Source: an uncultured Planctomycetaceae bacterium (lineage in GTDB: Bacteria; Planctomycetota; Planctomycetia; Planctomycetales; Planctomycetaceae). From it: a DNA stretch of 64,000 nt. The DNA lies in the NCBI GenBank assembly GCA_963976765.1, contig CAXBME010000013.1, positions 124,001 through 188,000 on the forward strand, in the 5' to 3' direction. The notes under the pieces were generated by a model. The model did not search any database and had not been told where the DNA came from. It worked only from the letters and a program-made list of their open reading frames with translations. The translations under genes and the position numbers were made by a program. Positions 52,058-62,046 of this stretch are shown here, in pieces (position 1 is the stretch's first letter; each line of letters opens with the position of its first letter).

Positions 52058-52720
52058 ATGAATTCTGTCATCCCGGCCACGTTCAGCTTTCGATTTGCCT
52101 TGCCGCTGCAACGAGTCGACGCGCTGCCTCAAAAAGGTAAGCAACTACTGGAACTGACCGACGACTGCTGGATGTTCTGGCCGGGCAGCGATCTCAGCGA
52201 GGGCCAGCAACCGTTGAAGTTGTACGCTGCGTGGAATCCGAAAGGGATCGGCATCACGGCTGAGGTTACCGGGAAACAACATCCGGCGGTGTCAGATATC
52301 GATCGGCCGGACGAGACCGACGCCGTTCAGATTTGGATCAACACTCGCAATACGACGACGATTCATCGAGCCAATCGACTGTGCCATCACTTCTGCCTGC
52401 TGCCCAACGGCGGCGGCGATACAGGCCTCGATCCCGTCGTCCGACAACTTCCCATCGCCCGCGCCACAGAAGACGCCCCGATCAACCCGCCCGACGCATT
52501 CGCCGTTCAGTCAGATCGAACTGATAATGGCTACATCCTTGAGGCGTGGATCCCAGCCGAATGCCTCAACGGATTCAGCTCCACCGAGTCAACGCAACTC
52601 GCGTTCTATGCGATGCTGCGGGATTCAGAACTCGGCGACCACTGCCTGACCGTCGACGCGGCCTTTCCATTCGCCAGTGACCCCAGCCTGTGGCAAACGC
52701 TCGATTTGGTCGGTGTTTAA
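52058..52720 (+). CDS. Hypothetical protein, CBM9/DOMON-like beta-sandwich
   Basis: LYAAWNPKGI, DAVQIWINTR, HRANRLCHHF, GYILEAWIP, DPSLWQTLDL pattern resembles CBM9-like proteins. Confidence 0.65.
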   Translation: MNSVIPATFSFRFALPLQRVDALPQKGKQLLELTDDCWMFWPGSDLSEGQQPLKLYAAWNPKGIGITAEVTGKQHPAVSDIDRPDETDAVQIWINTRNTTTIHRANRLCHHFCLLPNGGGDTGLDPVVRQLPIARATEDAPINPPDAFAVQSDRTDNGYILEAWIPAECLNGFSSTESTQLAFYAMLRDSELGDHCLTVDAAFPFASDPSLWQTLDLVGV

Positions 52721-52828
52721 AATCAAAGACGAGCAACTTCAGGAACGCTGATTTTACTTAATCGCCGCTGATTTCCGATGATGAATCATTGCTGACGATT
52801 GGCGTTTGTTAGTGTTCCGAATATTGAG

Positions 52829-53629
52829 CTACTCGATGTTGAAGTTCGCAGACTGCCCGAGAAATTTCTGCGGATTTCCAAACGTGACCTGATCGATCGT
52901 CGCGGCTGAGTGGCCGCGCCTTGCCATTTCAAGTCGTGCTTTGGGGACCGCCAGCGGATCGCTGCAACCCCAGTCGCCGGCGGAGTTCATCCACAGCCGT
53001 TCGGTACCGAACATCTCGATGATGTCGGCGGCTCGCTGAGGCGTGACCTTGGTGTCCGGGTAAAGCGTCATGCCAGCCCAGAAACCTCGGTCGAGAACTT
53101 CGGCAACGGTGTGTTCTTCAACATGGTCGATCAGCACTCGGCCTGGATCGATCGAGCTGGCACTGATCGCGTCCATGATCATCCGCGTGCCTTTCTTCTT
53201 GTCTTCCAGATGCGGGGTATGAACCAGCACCATCTGGTTGTACTTCTCGGCAAGGGCAATCTGCTCTTCGAGAATAATCAGCTCGTTCTTCGTGTTCTTG
53301 TTCAAACCGATTTCGCCGATGCCCAGGACGGTTTCCCGCTCAAGAAAGTCGGGGATCAGAGCAATCACTTCGCGAGCGAAGCCCGGGTCGTCGGCTTCTT
53401 TCGGGTTGATGCACAGCCAGGTGAAATGTTTGATGCCAAACTGAGCGGCGCGTTTTGGTTCGTACTCCGTGAGCTGTCGGTAGTAGTCGAAGAATCCCTG
53501 AGCTGACGAGCGATCGAAGCCTGCCCAGAACGCAGGCTCGGTCACGGCGATGCAGCCAGCCTGAGCCATTCGCTGATAATCGTCGGTCGTGCGCGAGACC
53601 ATGTGAATGTGCGGGTCGATGTACCTCAT
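52829..53629 (-). CDS. TatD-family metal-dependent hydrolase (EboB-like)
   Basis: YIDPHIHMVSRTTDDY, EPAFWAG, INPKEA, GIGEIGL, VHTPHLEDK, IDHVEE, NSAGDWGCSDPLAVP. Confidence 0.88.
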   Translation of the reverse strand: MRYIDPHIHMVSRTTDDYQRMAQAGCIAVTEPAFWAGFDRSSAQGFFDYYRQLTEYEPKRAAQFGIKHFTWLCINPKEADDPGFAREVIALIPDFLERETVLGIGEIGLNKNTKNELIILEEQIALAEKYNQMVLVHTPHLEDKKKGTRMIMDAISASSIDPGRVLIDHVEEHTVAEVLDRGFWAGMTLYPDTKVTPQRAADIIEMFGTERLWMNSAGDWGCSDPLAVPKARLEMARRGHSAATIDQVTFGNPQKFLGQSANFNIE

Positions 53630-53949
53630 ACCGCACCGCCTTCCGAGGTCGCAGCCACTGGAGCTCCAAGAGCTCCCTTCATCCCTTCGGCCGATTGAGG
53701 AATTTCGGTCGTGTGGTCGCTGAACAGGTCGAGAATTCGCCGGGCCCGCTGCGACTCACCATCGGTCAGAATGGCAATCGCGTTGCGAAACGCGACGTCG
53801 CGAAAGTCGGCTTCTTCACTGACAGGACGGGCACGGTCGAGTCGATCAAGATACGCGGCGACATCGATCAGCTTGGCGCGATGTTCCATGAAGTAGGTAT
53901 TGATGACCTCTTCACGGTTCTGCGGGCAGGTGAATTCAGAATCACTCAA
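53626..53949 (-). CDS. Small hypothetical protein translationally coupled to the TatD-like gene
   Basis: YFMEHRAKLIDVAAYLDRLDRA...RARRILDLFSD; stop overlaps the TatD start (ATGA at 53626-53629). Confidence 0.75.
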   Translation of the reverse strand: MSDSEFTCPQNREEVINTYFMEHRAKLIDVAAYLDRLDRARPVSEEADFRDVAFRNAIAILTDGESQRARRILDLFSDHTTEIPQSAEGMKGALGAPVAATSEGGAV

Positions 53950-54277
53950 CGGACTATCCTCTCAATCAGCCAGGAAATCGCAGACGGAAACAGGATCCTA
54001 TCACCACGTTCGAAATGAGTCGACGAAACCGGCAAAGGACACTGCCGCGATTGCCGGCCTGTCAACTCCGTAATGGATTTTCCAATCTGGGCAAACACCG
54101 GATCTGAGTTTCGGCAGATGAGTCCCGGCACCCATTACAGCCTCGACGGTGAATGCTAGACGGTGAACTGGCCAGGATGACAAAGAATTCAGGAAGGCAT
54201 ACGCTTTGCCGAATTGTGAGGAGGCGGGGCGACCGTTTTCTGACGTTCCTGACCATTCTTTGCCGAAAGCGCACCCA

Positions 54278-55930
54278 ATGTTCTTAACGCTCGGTTCATT
54301 TTTATTTTTCACCGCTCTGGTTGCCGTACTGACCTGGAGGCTGACGCGCGGGACCAAACTGGATACTGATGAAGGTTATTTTCTGGCTGGTCGCAGCCTG
54401 ACCGGAGGTTTCATTGCCGGCTCGCTGCTGCTGACAAATCTTTCGACCGAGCAGCTTGTCGGGCTGAACGCCGCTTCGTTTAACGATGGCCTGTCGGTCA
54501 TGTGCTGGGAAGTGATTGCCGGCATGTCGCTCGTCGTTCTGGCACTCGTCTTTCTGCCGAAATACCTGAAGTCAGGAATCGCGACGATCCCTCAGTTTCT
54601 GGAAGAACGCTACGGCACACGTGTTCGGGCGATGACGGCGACGATCTTTATCGTAGCCTACATGCTGATTCTGCTGCCGTTTGTGCTGTTTCTTGGAGCG
54701 AACGGTTTGAATGGCATGCTGCAACTGGATACGAAATTCGGCCTCTCAGAGATTCAGACAATCTGGTTGCTGATCGGGTCGATTGCGGCACTTGGCGGAG
54801 CGTATGCCATTTTCGGAGGTCTGCGAGCCATCGCCATTTCCGACACCTTTAACGGAGCTGGTCTGCTGGTTGGCGGTTTGATGATCACCTTCTTTTCGCT
54901 ATCCATCATTGCAGGCGAGGAAGGCGGCCTGGCCGGAGCGTTGACGAAAATACGGGAAGCAGACGCGGACGCATTCAACTCTCTGGGAGCAGCCAACGAA
55001 GATACTCACTGGCCCACATTGTTTACGGGAGTGCTGCTGCTCAACTTTTTTTACTGGTGCACCAACCAGCAAATCATCCAGCGAACATTCGGCGCAAAGA
55101 ATCTTGCAGAAGGTCAGAAAGGCGTGCTGCTGGCTGCGTTCTTCAAGATCCTCGCACCGCTGATTCTCGTCGTTCCGGGAATTGCAGCCGCCTATCTGGT
55201 GATCGGTGCGGCCGATCCGCAAATGGTCGACAGTGTCGGACAGGATGATGCCGGAAACTGGGTTTCGAGTCGTGCTTACGGAGCACTGGTCGCACGCGTG
55301 TTGCCGGAATGGCTGCTGGGATTTTTTGCGGCAGTCGTCGTTGGGTCGATCCTGTCGACGTTCAACTCGGTGCTGAATTCAGCGGCGACTTTGTTTTCTC
55401 TGGACGTTTACAAGAAGTACATCAAGCCCGAGGCGACAACGAAACAGGTTGTCATGTCCGGTCAGATTTGCAGTCTGGTGATCGGCGTCCTTGCCATCAT
55501 TGCCGCGCCGCTGATTTTCTATGGGCGCGACGGTGTGTTTGACTTTTTTCAGACCCTGAACGGCGTCTATTTCATTCCGTTGCTGGCCATCATCATGGTC
55601 GGAATGTTTAACCGAAACGTTGATGGGCGTTCTGCAGAATTCACGCTGGTAGCTGGATTAAGCCTGATGGTTGTTGGCACATTTTTCGGCGGTGGCGACC
55701 ACGGATGGCTCAAGTCATTCTTTGGCTCAGGCTTTCACTATATGGGGGCCGTTTTCGTGTCGCTGCTGACTTTGCAGCTTGCCCTTGGTGCTGTTGGCTT
55801 TCGCAGGAGCACCCCCTATCAGCAGCAGGATGCCGGGCTGGTTGATCTGACGCCGTGGAAGCTGGCTCCGCTTGCTGGCGGCCTGCTGGTGACATTCGCA
55901 CTCTCGATCTTCGCATACTTCGCAAATTAA
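54278..55930 (+). CDS. Solute:sodium symporter (SSS family, YidK-like)
   Basis: YFLAGRSL, SLLLTNLSTEQLVGLN, TIPQFLEERY, YAIFGGLRA, FYWCTNQQIIQR, LSTFNSVLNSAATLFSLDVY; many TM segments. Confidence 0.92.
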   Translation: MFLTLGSFLFFTALVAVLTWRLTRGTKLDTDEGYFLAGRSLTGGFIAGSLLLTNLSTEQLVGLNAASFNDGLSVMCWEVIAGMSLVVLALVFLPKYLKSGIATIPQFLEERYGTRVRAMTATIFIVAYMLILLPFVLFLGANGLNGMLQLDTKFGLSEIQTIWLLIGSIAALGGAYAIFGGLRAIAISDTFNGAGLLVGGLMITFFSLSIIAGEEGGLAGALTKIREADADAFNSLGAANEDTHWPTLFTGVLLLNFFYWCTNQQIIQRTFGAKNLAEGQKGVLLAAFFKILAPLILVVPGIAAAYLVIGAADPQMVDSVGQDDAGNWVSSRAYGALVARVLPEWLLGFFAAVVVGSILSTFNSVLNSAATLFSLDVYKKYIKPEATTKQVVMSGQICSLVIGVLAIIAAPLIFYGRDGVFDFFQTLNGVYFIPLLAIIMVGMFNRNVDGRSAEFTLVAGLSLMVVGTFFGGGDHGWLKSFFGSGFHYMGAVFVSLLTLQLALGAVGFRRSTPYQQQDAGLVDLTPWKLAPLAGGLLVTFALSIFAYFAN

Positions 55931-56050
55931 GCATGCCGGCATCTGGATGCTCTCTGCAATCGAGCACCCTTGCCGGAGATGCAGTTCGACGAATTCTTCA
56001 GATGGTAATGAGCCTCTGTTCCGGCACGAAGGTCGGCCTCTACCAACGAA

Positions 56051-56085
56051 AACAGGACGCGCTCGAATGATCAGCGCGTCCTGTT
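56051..56085 (-). terminator. Probable intrinsic terminator between convergent genes
   Basis: AACAGGACGCGCT/AGCGCGTCCTGTT 13-bp perfect stem; on the minus strand it ends in GTTTT, about 30 nt after the stop at 56117. Confidence 0.65.
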
Positions 56086-56116
56086 CGATTTTGCGTCAAA
56101 GCGCTTCCGTCGTCGA

Positions 56117-56257
56117 TTATTTAGGAAGTGCCCAATCGTACTTATTCAGCTCAAAGACCAGGAACATGATCCCCAACGAGAGCGCAGCAACCGAGACGAA
56201 CAGCAGTCCGACCCAGACATCCGGCGCCGGTTTTTGATCAGAGTTTTGTTGTGACAT
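56117..56257 (-). CDS. Small single-pass membrane protein (46 aa), below the ORF-track cutoff
   Basis: MSQQNSDQKPAPDVWVGLLFVSVAALSLGIMFLVFELNKYDWALPK; start overlaps the end of 56238-57098, GAGGGAAG upstream, terminator downstream. Confidence 0.75.
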   Translation of the reverse strand: MSQQNSDQKPAPDVWVGLLFVSVAALSLGIMFLVFELNKYDWALPK

Positions 56258-57098
56258 AGTCTTCCCTCTCAATCACGCCATTCTTTGCTCGTTCCACGAC
56301 CACGCCCACAGCACGATCAGGATTGACCAGTTCCAGTTTGATCTGGCCAAGATATTTATTCTGCTCGCCCACTCGATAAACAAACAGCACGTTGCCTTCT
56401 GTGAGCCCGTCATCACTGCCAATTGAAACCTCGATGAGCTGCCGGCTGGTTCCACGTCCCGACTGCTTCGTATCCAGAACCCGGCCCATCACGAGCGGTG
56501 GTGGTGCCAGTTTGCGGGCATACTTGTTGGGGTCAGGGTCAAGCTGATTGGCGACCAGTACTTTGCGAAGCGTCGCCAGTTGCGACAGCAACGTGTTGTA
56601 TTTTTCTTCCAGAGACTTGGCTCCGACTTCCCTGTTGAACAGTTCGTCTTCCAACTGTCGCACTCGCTGATTCTGATTGTTCAGAGCCGTGTTCAACTGC
56701 TCGTTAATTCGTCGACCACTCAAAGCTTCTTCGCGTCGAATCTTCGCCTCATCACCAGAGATCGTGGCGAGTGCCTGCTGCGTGTTAAGTTCCGTCTTCT
56801 GGGTGTCGATCAGGATCTTTTGATTTTCGATCTCGTTCTGAGCCAGACGAAGTTCGGCCTTAGCGTCGGTAGCGTCATTTTTGACCTGAGCAACCACGGC
56901 TTCGAGGTCTTTAATGATCTTGTTCTTTTCCGCTTCCAGCTTGTTGTAATCGGCGATTCCGTTGTCAACGGTCACCTGAAGGTCATTGGCTTTCTGCATC
57001 CAGGTCATGTGCCGAGTGAAAACGGCGCCGGCCAGCACCATGAAGCAGATGCTTAGAACCAGTTGGATGATGACCAGAAGTTTTCCAACAAACGTCAT
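56238..57098 (-). CDS. Membrane-anchored coiled-coil protein with small C-terminal beta domain
   Basis: MTFVGKLLVIIQLVLSICFM TM, long heptad-rich region, C-terminal IEVSIGSDDGL..G..L.VYR. Confidence 0.8.
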   Translation of the reverse strand: MTFVGKLLVIIQLVLSICFMVLAGAVFTRHMTWMQKANDLQVTVDNGIADYNKLEAEKNKIIKDLEAVVAQVKNDATDAKAELRLAQNEIENQKILIDTQKTELNTQQALATISGDEAKIRREEALSGRRINEQLNTALNNQNQRVRQLEDELFNREVGAKSLEEKYNTLLSQLATLRKVLVANQLDPDPNKYARKLAPPPLVMGRVLDTKQSGRGTSRQLIEVSIGSDDGLTEGNVLFVYRVGEQNKYLGQIKLELVNPDRAVGVVVERAKNGVIEREDYVTTKL

Positions 57099-57177
57099 GG
57101 CCTGAATCCTGACTTATGAAGTTGGGCGAAAAGGTAAAAGTGCTGATGCCGCTGGTAAACGAGTTCACGCGACGGGA

Positions 57178-57867
57178 TCATGTACTGGTAGAGTCGACTG
57201 CCGGCGTCGGTTCGGATGAGACGGCACCTTGATTAATCAGCTGCTGTTCGCGATCTCGGAGTCTCTGGAGAATACCATCCATCTGATAAACGAGATCCAG
57301 TAGTTGTCGTTTCTGCTCGACGAGTCGATAAAATTCTGTCTCGATCTGAATCCGCTGCCGCTTCAGTCGCATGCCGGATTCGCGAGTCCGTTCGGCGACC
57401 GCTCTAATGTCAACGGCCTGAGTCGCCAATCGCTCGCCTTCGGTGGACAGATCCTGAATCTGCTTCCCAACTTCTTCCAGAGCCAGAACCAGTTGCTCTT
57501 CCCGCTTCGTGATGCCCTTCTCGTCAGCTTCAATCAGCACGGACAAACGTGCAATCTGCTGTTTGAGGTTTTCAATCTGCGGGGTGACAGCAGCTACTTT
57601 ATCCTGATTCCGCCGTGTGGCATCGTCGTAAGATTTCAAAATGACAGCAGGTAACGTCCCCGTCGCCAGCGGTGCGCTTTCAGTTCGTTGAGTGCTGGTC
57701 CACTGCGGGGTCTCGCCAGTCGTCTGGGCGAACCCGTAGTCCGGCAGGTTCTGAGTTTCTTCCCGCCAGTTCGGACCCAGTTTGCTGATTCCAACGGCGA
57801 TTCCCAGGAACGCGACACTCGCTGCCGTTACAAAGACAACCAGGATCTTGCTGATTTTGGTCGTCAT
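57178..57867 (-). CDS. Membrane-anchored coiled-coil protein
   Basis: MTTKISKILVVFVTAASVAFLG TM, similar in pattern to the neighbouring gene, then coiled coil. Confidence 0.78.
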   Translation of the reverse strand: MTTKISKILVVFVTAASVAFLGIAVGISKLGPNWREETQNLPDYGFAQTTGETPQWTSTQRTESAPLATGTLPAVILKSYDDATRRNQDKVAAVTPQIENLKQQIARLSVLIEADEKGITKREEQLVLALEEVGKQIQDLSTEGERLATQAVDIRAVAERTRESGMRLKRQRIQIETEFYRLVEQKRQLLDLVYQMDGILQRLRDREQQLINQGAVSSEPTPAVDSTST

Positions 57868-58354
57868 TACTGACTTCTCGTTCGAAGAGGGCACGACCGC
57901 CGCCACGTTGACGCCAGCGAGCCAGAACAATCAAAAACACAGAGACAACATCTTCCAGGTCAAAGGATCGTCAGAGTGAACGATCTCTGGGAGGCGCGTC
58001 AACGAAAAACTGCACAGTTCAGCCAGGGCAGAGCAACAGCATAGGTTATGACGAACATTCTGCTTCTGCCGTTCCAACGGAGCAATCGATAACGGAATGT
58101 TATCGTTGCACGCGAGGGATCGTCTGCCCGACGCAGGCAGCATAAGAGTTTCCCGAGGGTGCGAGTGGTAAAAAAACGGAGTCAAACAGAAAGATCCGAC
58201 ACTGCCGACTGTGTCGCGACAGGTCTGACTATTTTACACCGCCAGGCCAGTCAGTAATCACAGTCTGCAATTCCGGTTCAGCCTGTCAGATCGATACAAC
58301 AGGTCACGTTTGGCGAGAGGCTGAACACTGCATGTCGCGCCGCAATGATCGGTG

Positions 58355-59374
58355 CTAACCGACGAACTCATTGCCGACCTTTCGAGCTCGCTCTGGTTTG
58401 TCGAGATCGATGCCCAGGGCAATTCCAACTTCGACAAGGACATTCCAGCCGGCGGCAATCTGAACGAACTCGCCCAGGTCTCCCGCGTCCGGAATCCGGA
58501 TCGTTGGGTAAGATGTTTCCCGCGAAGAAATCGCGATGATCTCCAGACCGACGCCTTTACAGAGTACTTCACGGAATTTTTCTTCCGACTCTTCGTACGG
58601 TTCGACCCAGAGCACGACGTCGTCGGCGTCCATGACTTCCTCGATGCCGTGTACGGCGTACGTGCCTTCCAGGTAGTCGGATTTCTTCCGAGTAATCTCG
58701 TTTGTTTTGAGAGTCAGTTCCTCAGTCACACCGTCGTTGCGGCCTGCCCAGTAAATGGTTCCAGCATTGGCGATCCGATTAACGAGGGCGGGATCAATCT
58801 TCGTGGTCAAAGCCGTTTCCATCATGCCGGCCAGATCAGCCTGCCGGTCAGCGAGGGACGGCTCGCCCGCCGCGTGCTCCAGCAACGCCCGGTAGAAGAT
58901 CGCCTGCTCAGCGACACTCTTCGTGGCGGCGACGGCGTTTTCTTTGCCGCAGCTCAGAACGAATCCCTGATTCGCCAGTCCTTCCAGCGAAGAATCCGGA
59001 GTCGCGCTGAGGCTGTACCGATTCTCGTGGCCGGACTTCTTGAGCGACTTGAACAGCCGAATGACTTCAGCTGTCTTTCCGGAATTCGACAACGCAAACA
59101 CGGCTGATTTCGAGAGGTCGTACTCCGTCGCCTGACGACCGGCTTCGGTGCTTAGCGACAGTGGCCAGCCTTTGCGGGATGCGTGAGCAATGGCGCTCTT
59201 CGCGGGGAACAACCGGCTCGATCCTTCGCCCGTCATCATCAGCCGACCGACGTCGCCAATCGTTTTGCCGAGTTCAGCCAGCGACGAAGAATCGAAACCT
59301 GCGACGATCTGCGGGGTTTCAAGCATCTCGCGAACCAGGCTGTAGCTGCTGTACCGTTCGTCCGTACCGTTCAT
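58355..59374 (-). CDS. SIS-domain sugar-phosphate isomerase/deaminase (GlmS C-terminal-like)
   Basis: REMLETP, TGEGSSR, ALSNSGKTAEV, CGKENAVAATKS, EELTLKTNEI, HGIEEV, LDKPERARKV. Confidence 0.85.
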   Translation of the reverse strand: MNGTDERYSSYSLVREMLETPQIVAGFDSSSLAELGKTIGDVGRLMMTGEGSSRLFPAKSAIAHASRKGWPLSLSTEAGRQATEYDLSKSAVFALSNSGKTAEVIRLFKSLKKSGHENRYSLSATPDSSLEGLANQGFVLSCGKENAVAATKSVAEQAIFYRALLEHAAGEPSLADRQADLAGMMETALTTKIDPALVNRIANAGTIYWAGRNDGVTEELTLKTNEITRKKSDYLEGTYAVHGIEEVMDADDVVLWVEPYEESEEKFREVLCKGVGLEIIAISSRETSYPTIRIPDAGDLGEFVQIAAGWNVLVEVGIALGIDLDKPERARKVGNEFVG

Positions 59375-59554
59375 AAGAGTAAATCCACGTCTACGCTGAG
59401 TGTTGAGGCTGGTCTTGGACGACTCAGTCGAGTCGAACACCCAGAATACTCGGATCGACAACAGGCTTGCTACCTATCCATGACTTTGGATGCTGAGTTA
59501 TTCTAACGCAGTTCTTCGAAATCAAAGTCTCGCAGAAATTTCGATCTAAACAGG

Positions 59555-60340
59555 GTGATGATGATGCAAATAAGAACCGTGTTTCGAGTTGCCGTTCTGG
59601 CCACAACCGTGACGGCTGCAATGTTCGTCGCGTTGCAGGCTCAGGAGAAGACGGTCGAACCGAAATCGGCCACTCCTGAAAAGGGCACGAAGGAAACGCG
59701 GGCGGCGATTCAGGAAGCTCTCGCTCCGTTTAATTCGCTCATCGGCGGCTGGCGAGGTATTGGTCAGGTACGGCGAGGATCGACGAGCGGCTCCTGGCGG
59801 GAAACCGGGACGTTCGTCTGGAAATTCAGCGGCGGCAAAGTCGGAGTCGAGTATCAGGTCAAAGATGGCAAGCACATCGGCACTGGCCTGGTGTCATGGG
59901 ATGCTGCTAAGAAAGAATTCACGATGGACGCCGTTTTCGACGACGGCTCGAAAAGGTCATACCGAGGCCAGCTTGAGAAGAAAGTTCTGACGCTGGTTTC
60001 AGAGCCGGACAAAGACGACATCGTTTCGCGAGTCACGCTTCGGCAACTCAATGACAAACGGATGCTCGTTCTTTATGAAACCCGTCGAGCTGAACAGAGC
60101 TTTTACTCGCGTGTCGGCGAAGTTGGCTACACGCGTGAAGGAACCAGACTCGCATCGTCCGACAGCTCCGGACCGGAATGCGTCGTCACCGGCGGTGCCG
60201 GCACCATCAAAGTTTCGCACGACGGCAAGACCTACTACGTCTGCTGTACTGGTTGTCGTGACGCCTTCAACGACGATCCTGTCGGGATCCTCGCCGATTA
60301 CCGCGAGAAGCTCGCCGAGAAAAAGTCGAAGCTCCAGTAG
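59555..60340 (+). CDS. Exported protein with C-terminal YHS/TRASH-like metal-binding domain
   Basis: Signal peptide; C-terminal ECVVTGG..TIKVSHDGKTYYVCCTGCRDAFNDDP. Confidence 0.8.
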   Translation: MMMMQIRTVFRVAVLATTVTAAMFVALQAQEKTVEPKSATPEKGTKETRAAIQEALAPFNSLIGGWRGIGQVRRGSTSGSWRETGTFVWKFSGGKVGVEYQVKDGKHIGTGLVSWDAAKKEFTMDAVFDDGSKRSYRGQLEKKVLTLVSEPDKDDIVSRVTLRQLNDKRMLVLYETRRAEQSFYSRVGEVGYTREGTRLASSDSSGPECVVTGGAGTIKVSHDGKTYYVCCTGCRDAFNDDPVGILADYREKLAEKKSKLQ

Positions 60341-60618
60341 GCAGCGTGCGGCGAACCCGCGGCTCCATTCTGATCAGGCCGAAATCTGGACACAGAGGGC
60401 GTTCGGAGAGTGGGTGAACGCCTTCTGTATCCTCTGAGCTTTCCTCATCGATCTCTGAATTCTGCTTCCTTCACGAATCAGAATTAACTGAATGGCCATC
60501 ATTCCCTTCCGTGTCATTTCGTGAATTCCGTGGTTCTACTATTCTTCCCGCGCGTAACGTTCGGCAGGGAAGACTGAACGCTCAGAACCATGAACCGAAG
60601 TCAGGAGAAGCGACAGCC

Positions 60619-61266
60619 ATGCATCGCCGTATGACTCTGTCAATTTTGGCCATTTCCGTCATGTTGACCGGAATGAGTTGTGTAAAGCGTTCCGACGTAG
60701 GAGCACCACCGATCCCCACTGCCGATGCCACTTCCAGTGGTGTCGCCGCCGAGCCCTTTCTCGTCCGGCTTGAAACCAGCAAAGGTGACATCGATATCGA
60801 GGTTCACCCGGAGTGGGCGCCGAAAGGCGCTGAGAGATTCCGCAAACTGGTCGAGATCGGTTTTTACGATGAGTGCCGATTCTTCCGAGTCGTCCCGAAC
60901 TTCATGGTTCAGGTCGGCATGAACGGCGATCCCGCGCTGCATGCCAAATGGTCGGAAAATACGATCAAAGATGATCCGGTACTGCAATCGAATCTGCCGG
61001 GGTTCGTCACCTTCGCCAAAACCGGACTGCCGAATTCCCGGTCAACACAGTTCTTCATCAACTACAAAGACAACTCCAGCCTGGACGCCGATCGCTTCGC
61101 TCCGTTCGGAAAAGTTGTCGCCGGCATGGACGTCGCCTTGTCGATCAATGCTAAGTACCGCGAGCTTCCCGATCAGAACGCCATTCGCTCCGCCGGAAAC
61201 GAGTATCTCAAGAGTCAGTTCCCGGATCTTGATTTCATCAAAAAAGCGTCTGTCGTTCAGAACTGA
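60619..61266 (+). CDS. Cyclophilin-type peptidyl-prolyl cis-trans isomerase (probable lipoprotein)
   Basis: VRLETSKGDIDIE, WAPKGAERF, FFRVVPNFMVQ, RSTQFFIN, FAPFGKVVAGMDV; N-terminal GMSC; RBS AGGAG. Confidence 0.92.
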   Translation: MHRRMTLSILAISVMLTGMSCVKRSDVGAPPIPTADATSSGVAAEPFLVRLETSKGDIDIEVHPEWAPKGAERFRKLVEIGFYDECRFFRVVPNFMVQVGMNGDPALHAKWSENTIKDDPVLQSNLPGFVTFAKTGLPNSRSTQFFINYKDNSSLDADRFAPFGKVVAGMDVALSINAKYRELPDQNAIRSAGNEYLKSQFPDLDFIKKASVVQN

Positions 61267-61331
61267 ACCTGTCACGAAGGAGGGTCGCTGTCGTACCGGC
61301 GATTCATGTGACATATCCCGCGAAAACAGAG

Positions 61332-61913
61332 TCAAGGCAGCCGAGTCAGGATCTCTTCGACCGGCTGCCTTTTTTGCTGCGCGACGTTGGCGGCGTAGCC
61401 GTACCACAGGACTCCGACCGTTTGTCGTTCGACAGGGTCGATATTCAAGATCCGATAAAACTCTGGATGCCGTGTAACAGCTCCGGTCGTCCACTTAACG
61501 CCGATCCCGACTGACCAGAGATAGAGACTCAAATTCTGAATCGCGCAGCAGCAGGCGGCGTAGTCCTCTTTTTCTAACTCTGAGTCCTCAGACGACAACG
61601 CCGACGTGACGACCAGCCAGCCGGGGATCGTACTCCAGCGTTCGCGTTTCGCCTCGCCCACCGCTGGGCCTTTTTGCTCGGCAACCAGTCGAGCATTCAA
61701 ATCGACAACCGCCGAGATCGTCTCCGGACCGAGATGATGAAACCGCCACGGTTCGGTATGACGATGATTCGGCGCCCAACTGGCCAGCTCGACCGCCTTT
61801 TCAATTTGCTCGAAAGGAGCGACTTCTGTTGTGAAGTTATGAATCGTGCGCCGACTGCGGATCACCTCTTCAATCGTCCGACTCATTACGTTGTTGTCTC
61901 CACCACTGCTCAT
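61332..61913 (-). CDS. Nitroreductase family protein (YdjA-like)
   Basis: IRSRRTIHNF, ASWAPNHRHTEPWRF, EDYAACCCAIQNLSL..W..GIGVKWTTG. Start may be slightly downstream. Confidence 0.9.
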   Translation of the reverse strand: MSSGGDNNVMSRTIEEVIRSRRTIHNFTTEVAPFEQIEKAVELASWAPNHRHTEPWRFHHLGPETISAVVDLNARLVAEQKGPAVGEAKRERWSTIPGWLVVTSALSSEDSELEKEDYAACCCAIQNLSLYLWSVGIGVKWTTGAVTRHPEFYRILNIDPVERQTVGVLWYGYAANVAQQKRQPVEEILTRLP

Positions 61914-62046
61914 CGCTCAGTTGCTCCGCTCTGTTGGCACTTCGAACTCTGCACGTTTGCGGCAGGTTGAAGTCTCGGAGCCAAAGATGCAAAGCAGTGG
62001 AATTTCTGATCAGCAGTCAATCAGTTCCAGTCTACAATTACTGGAT

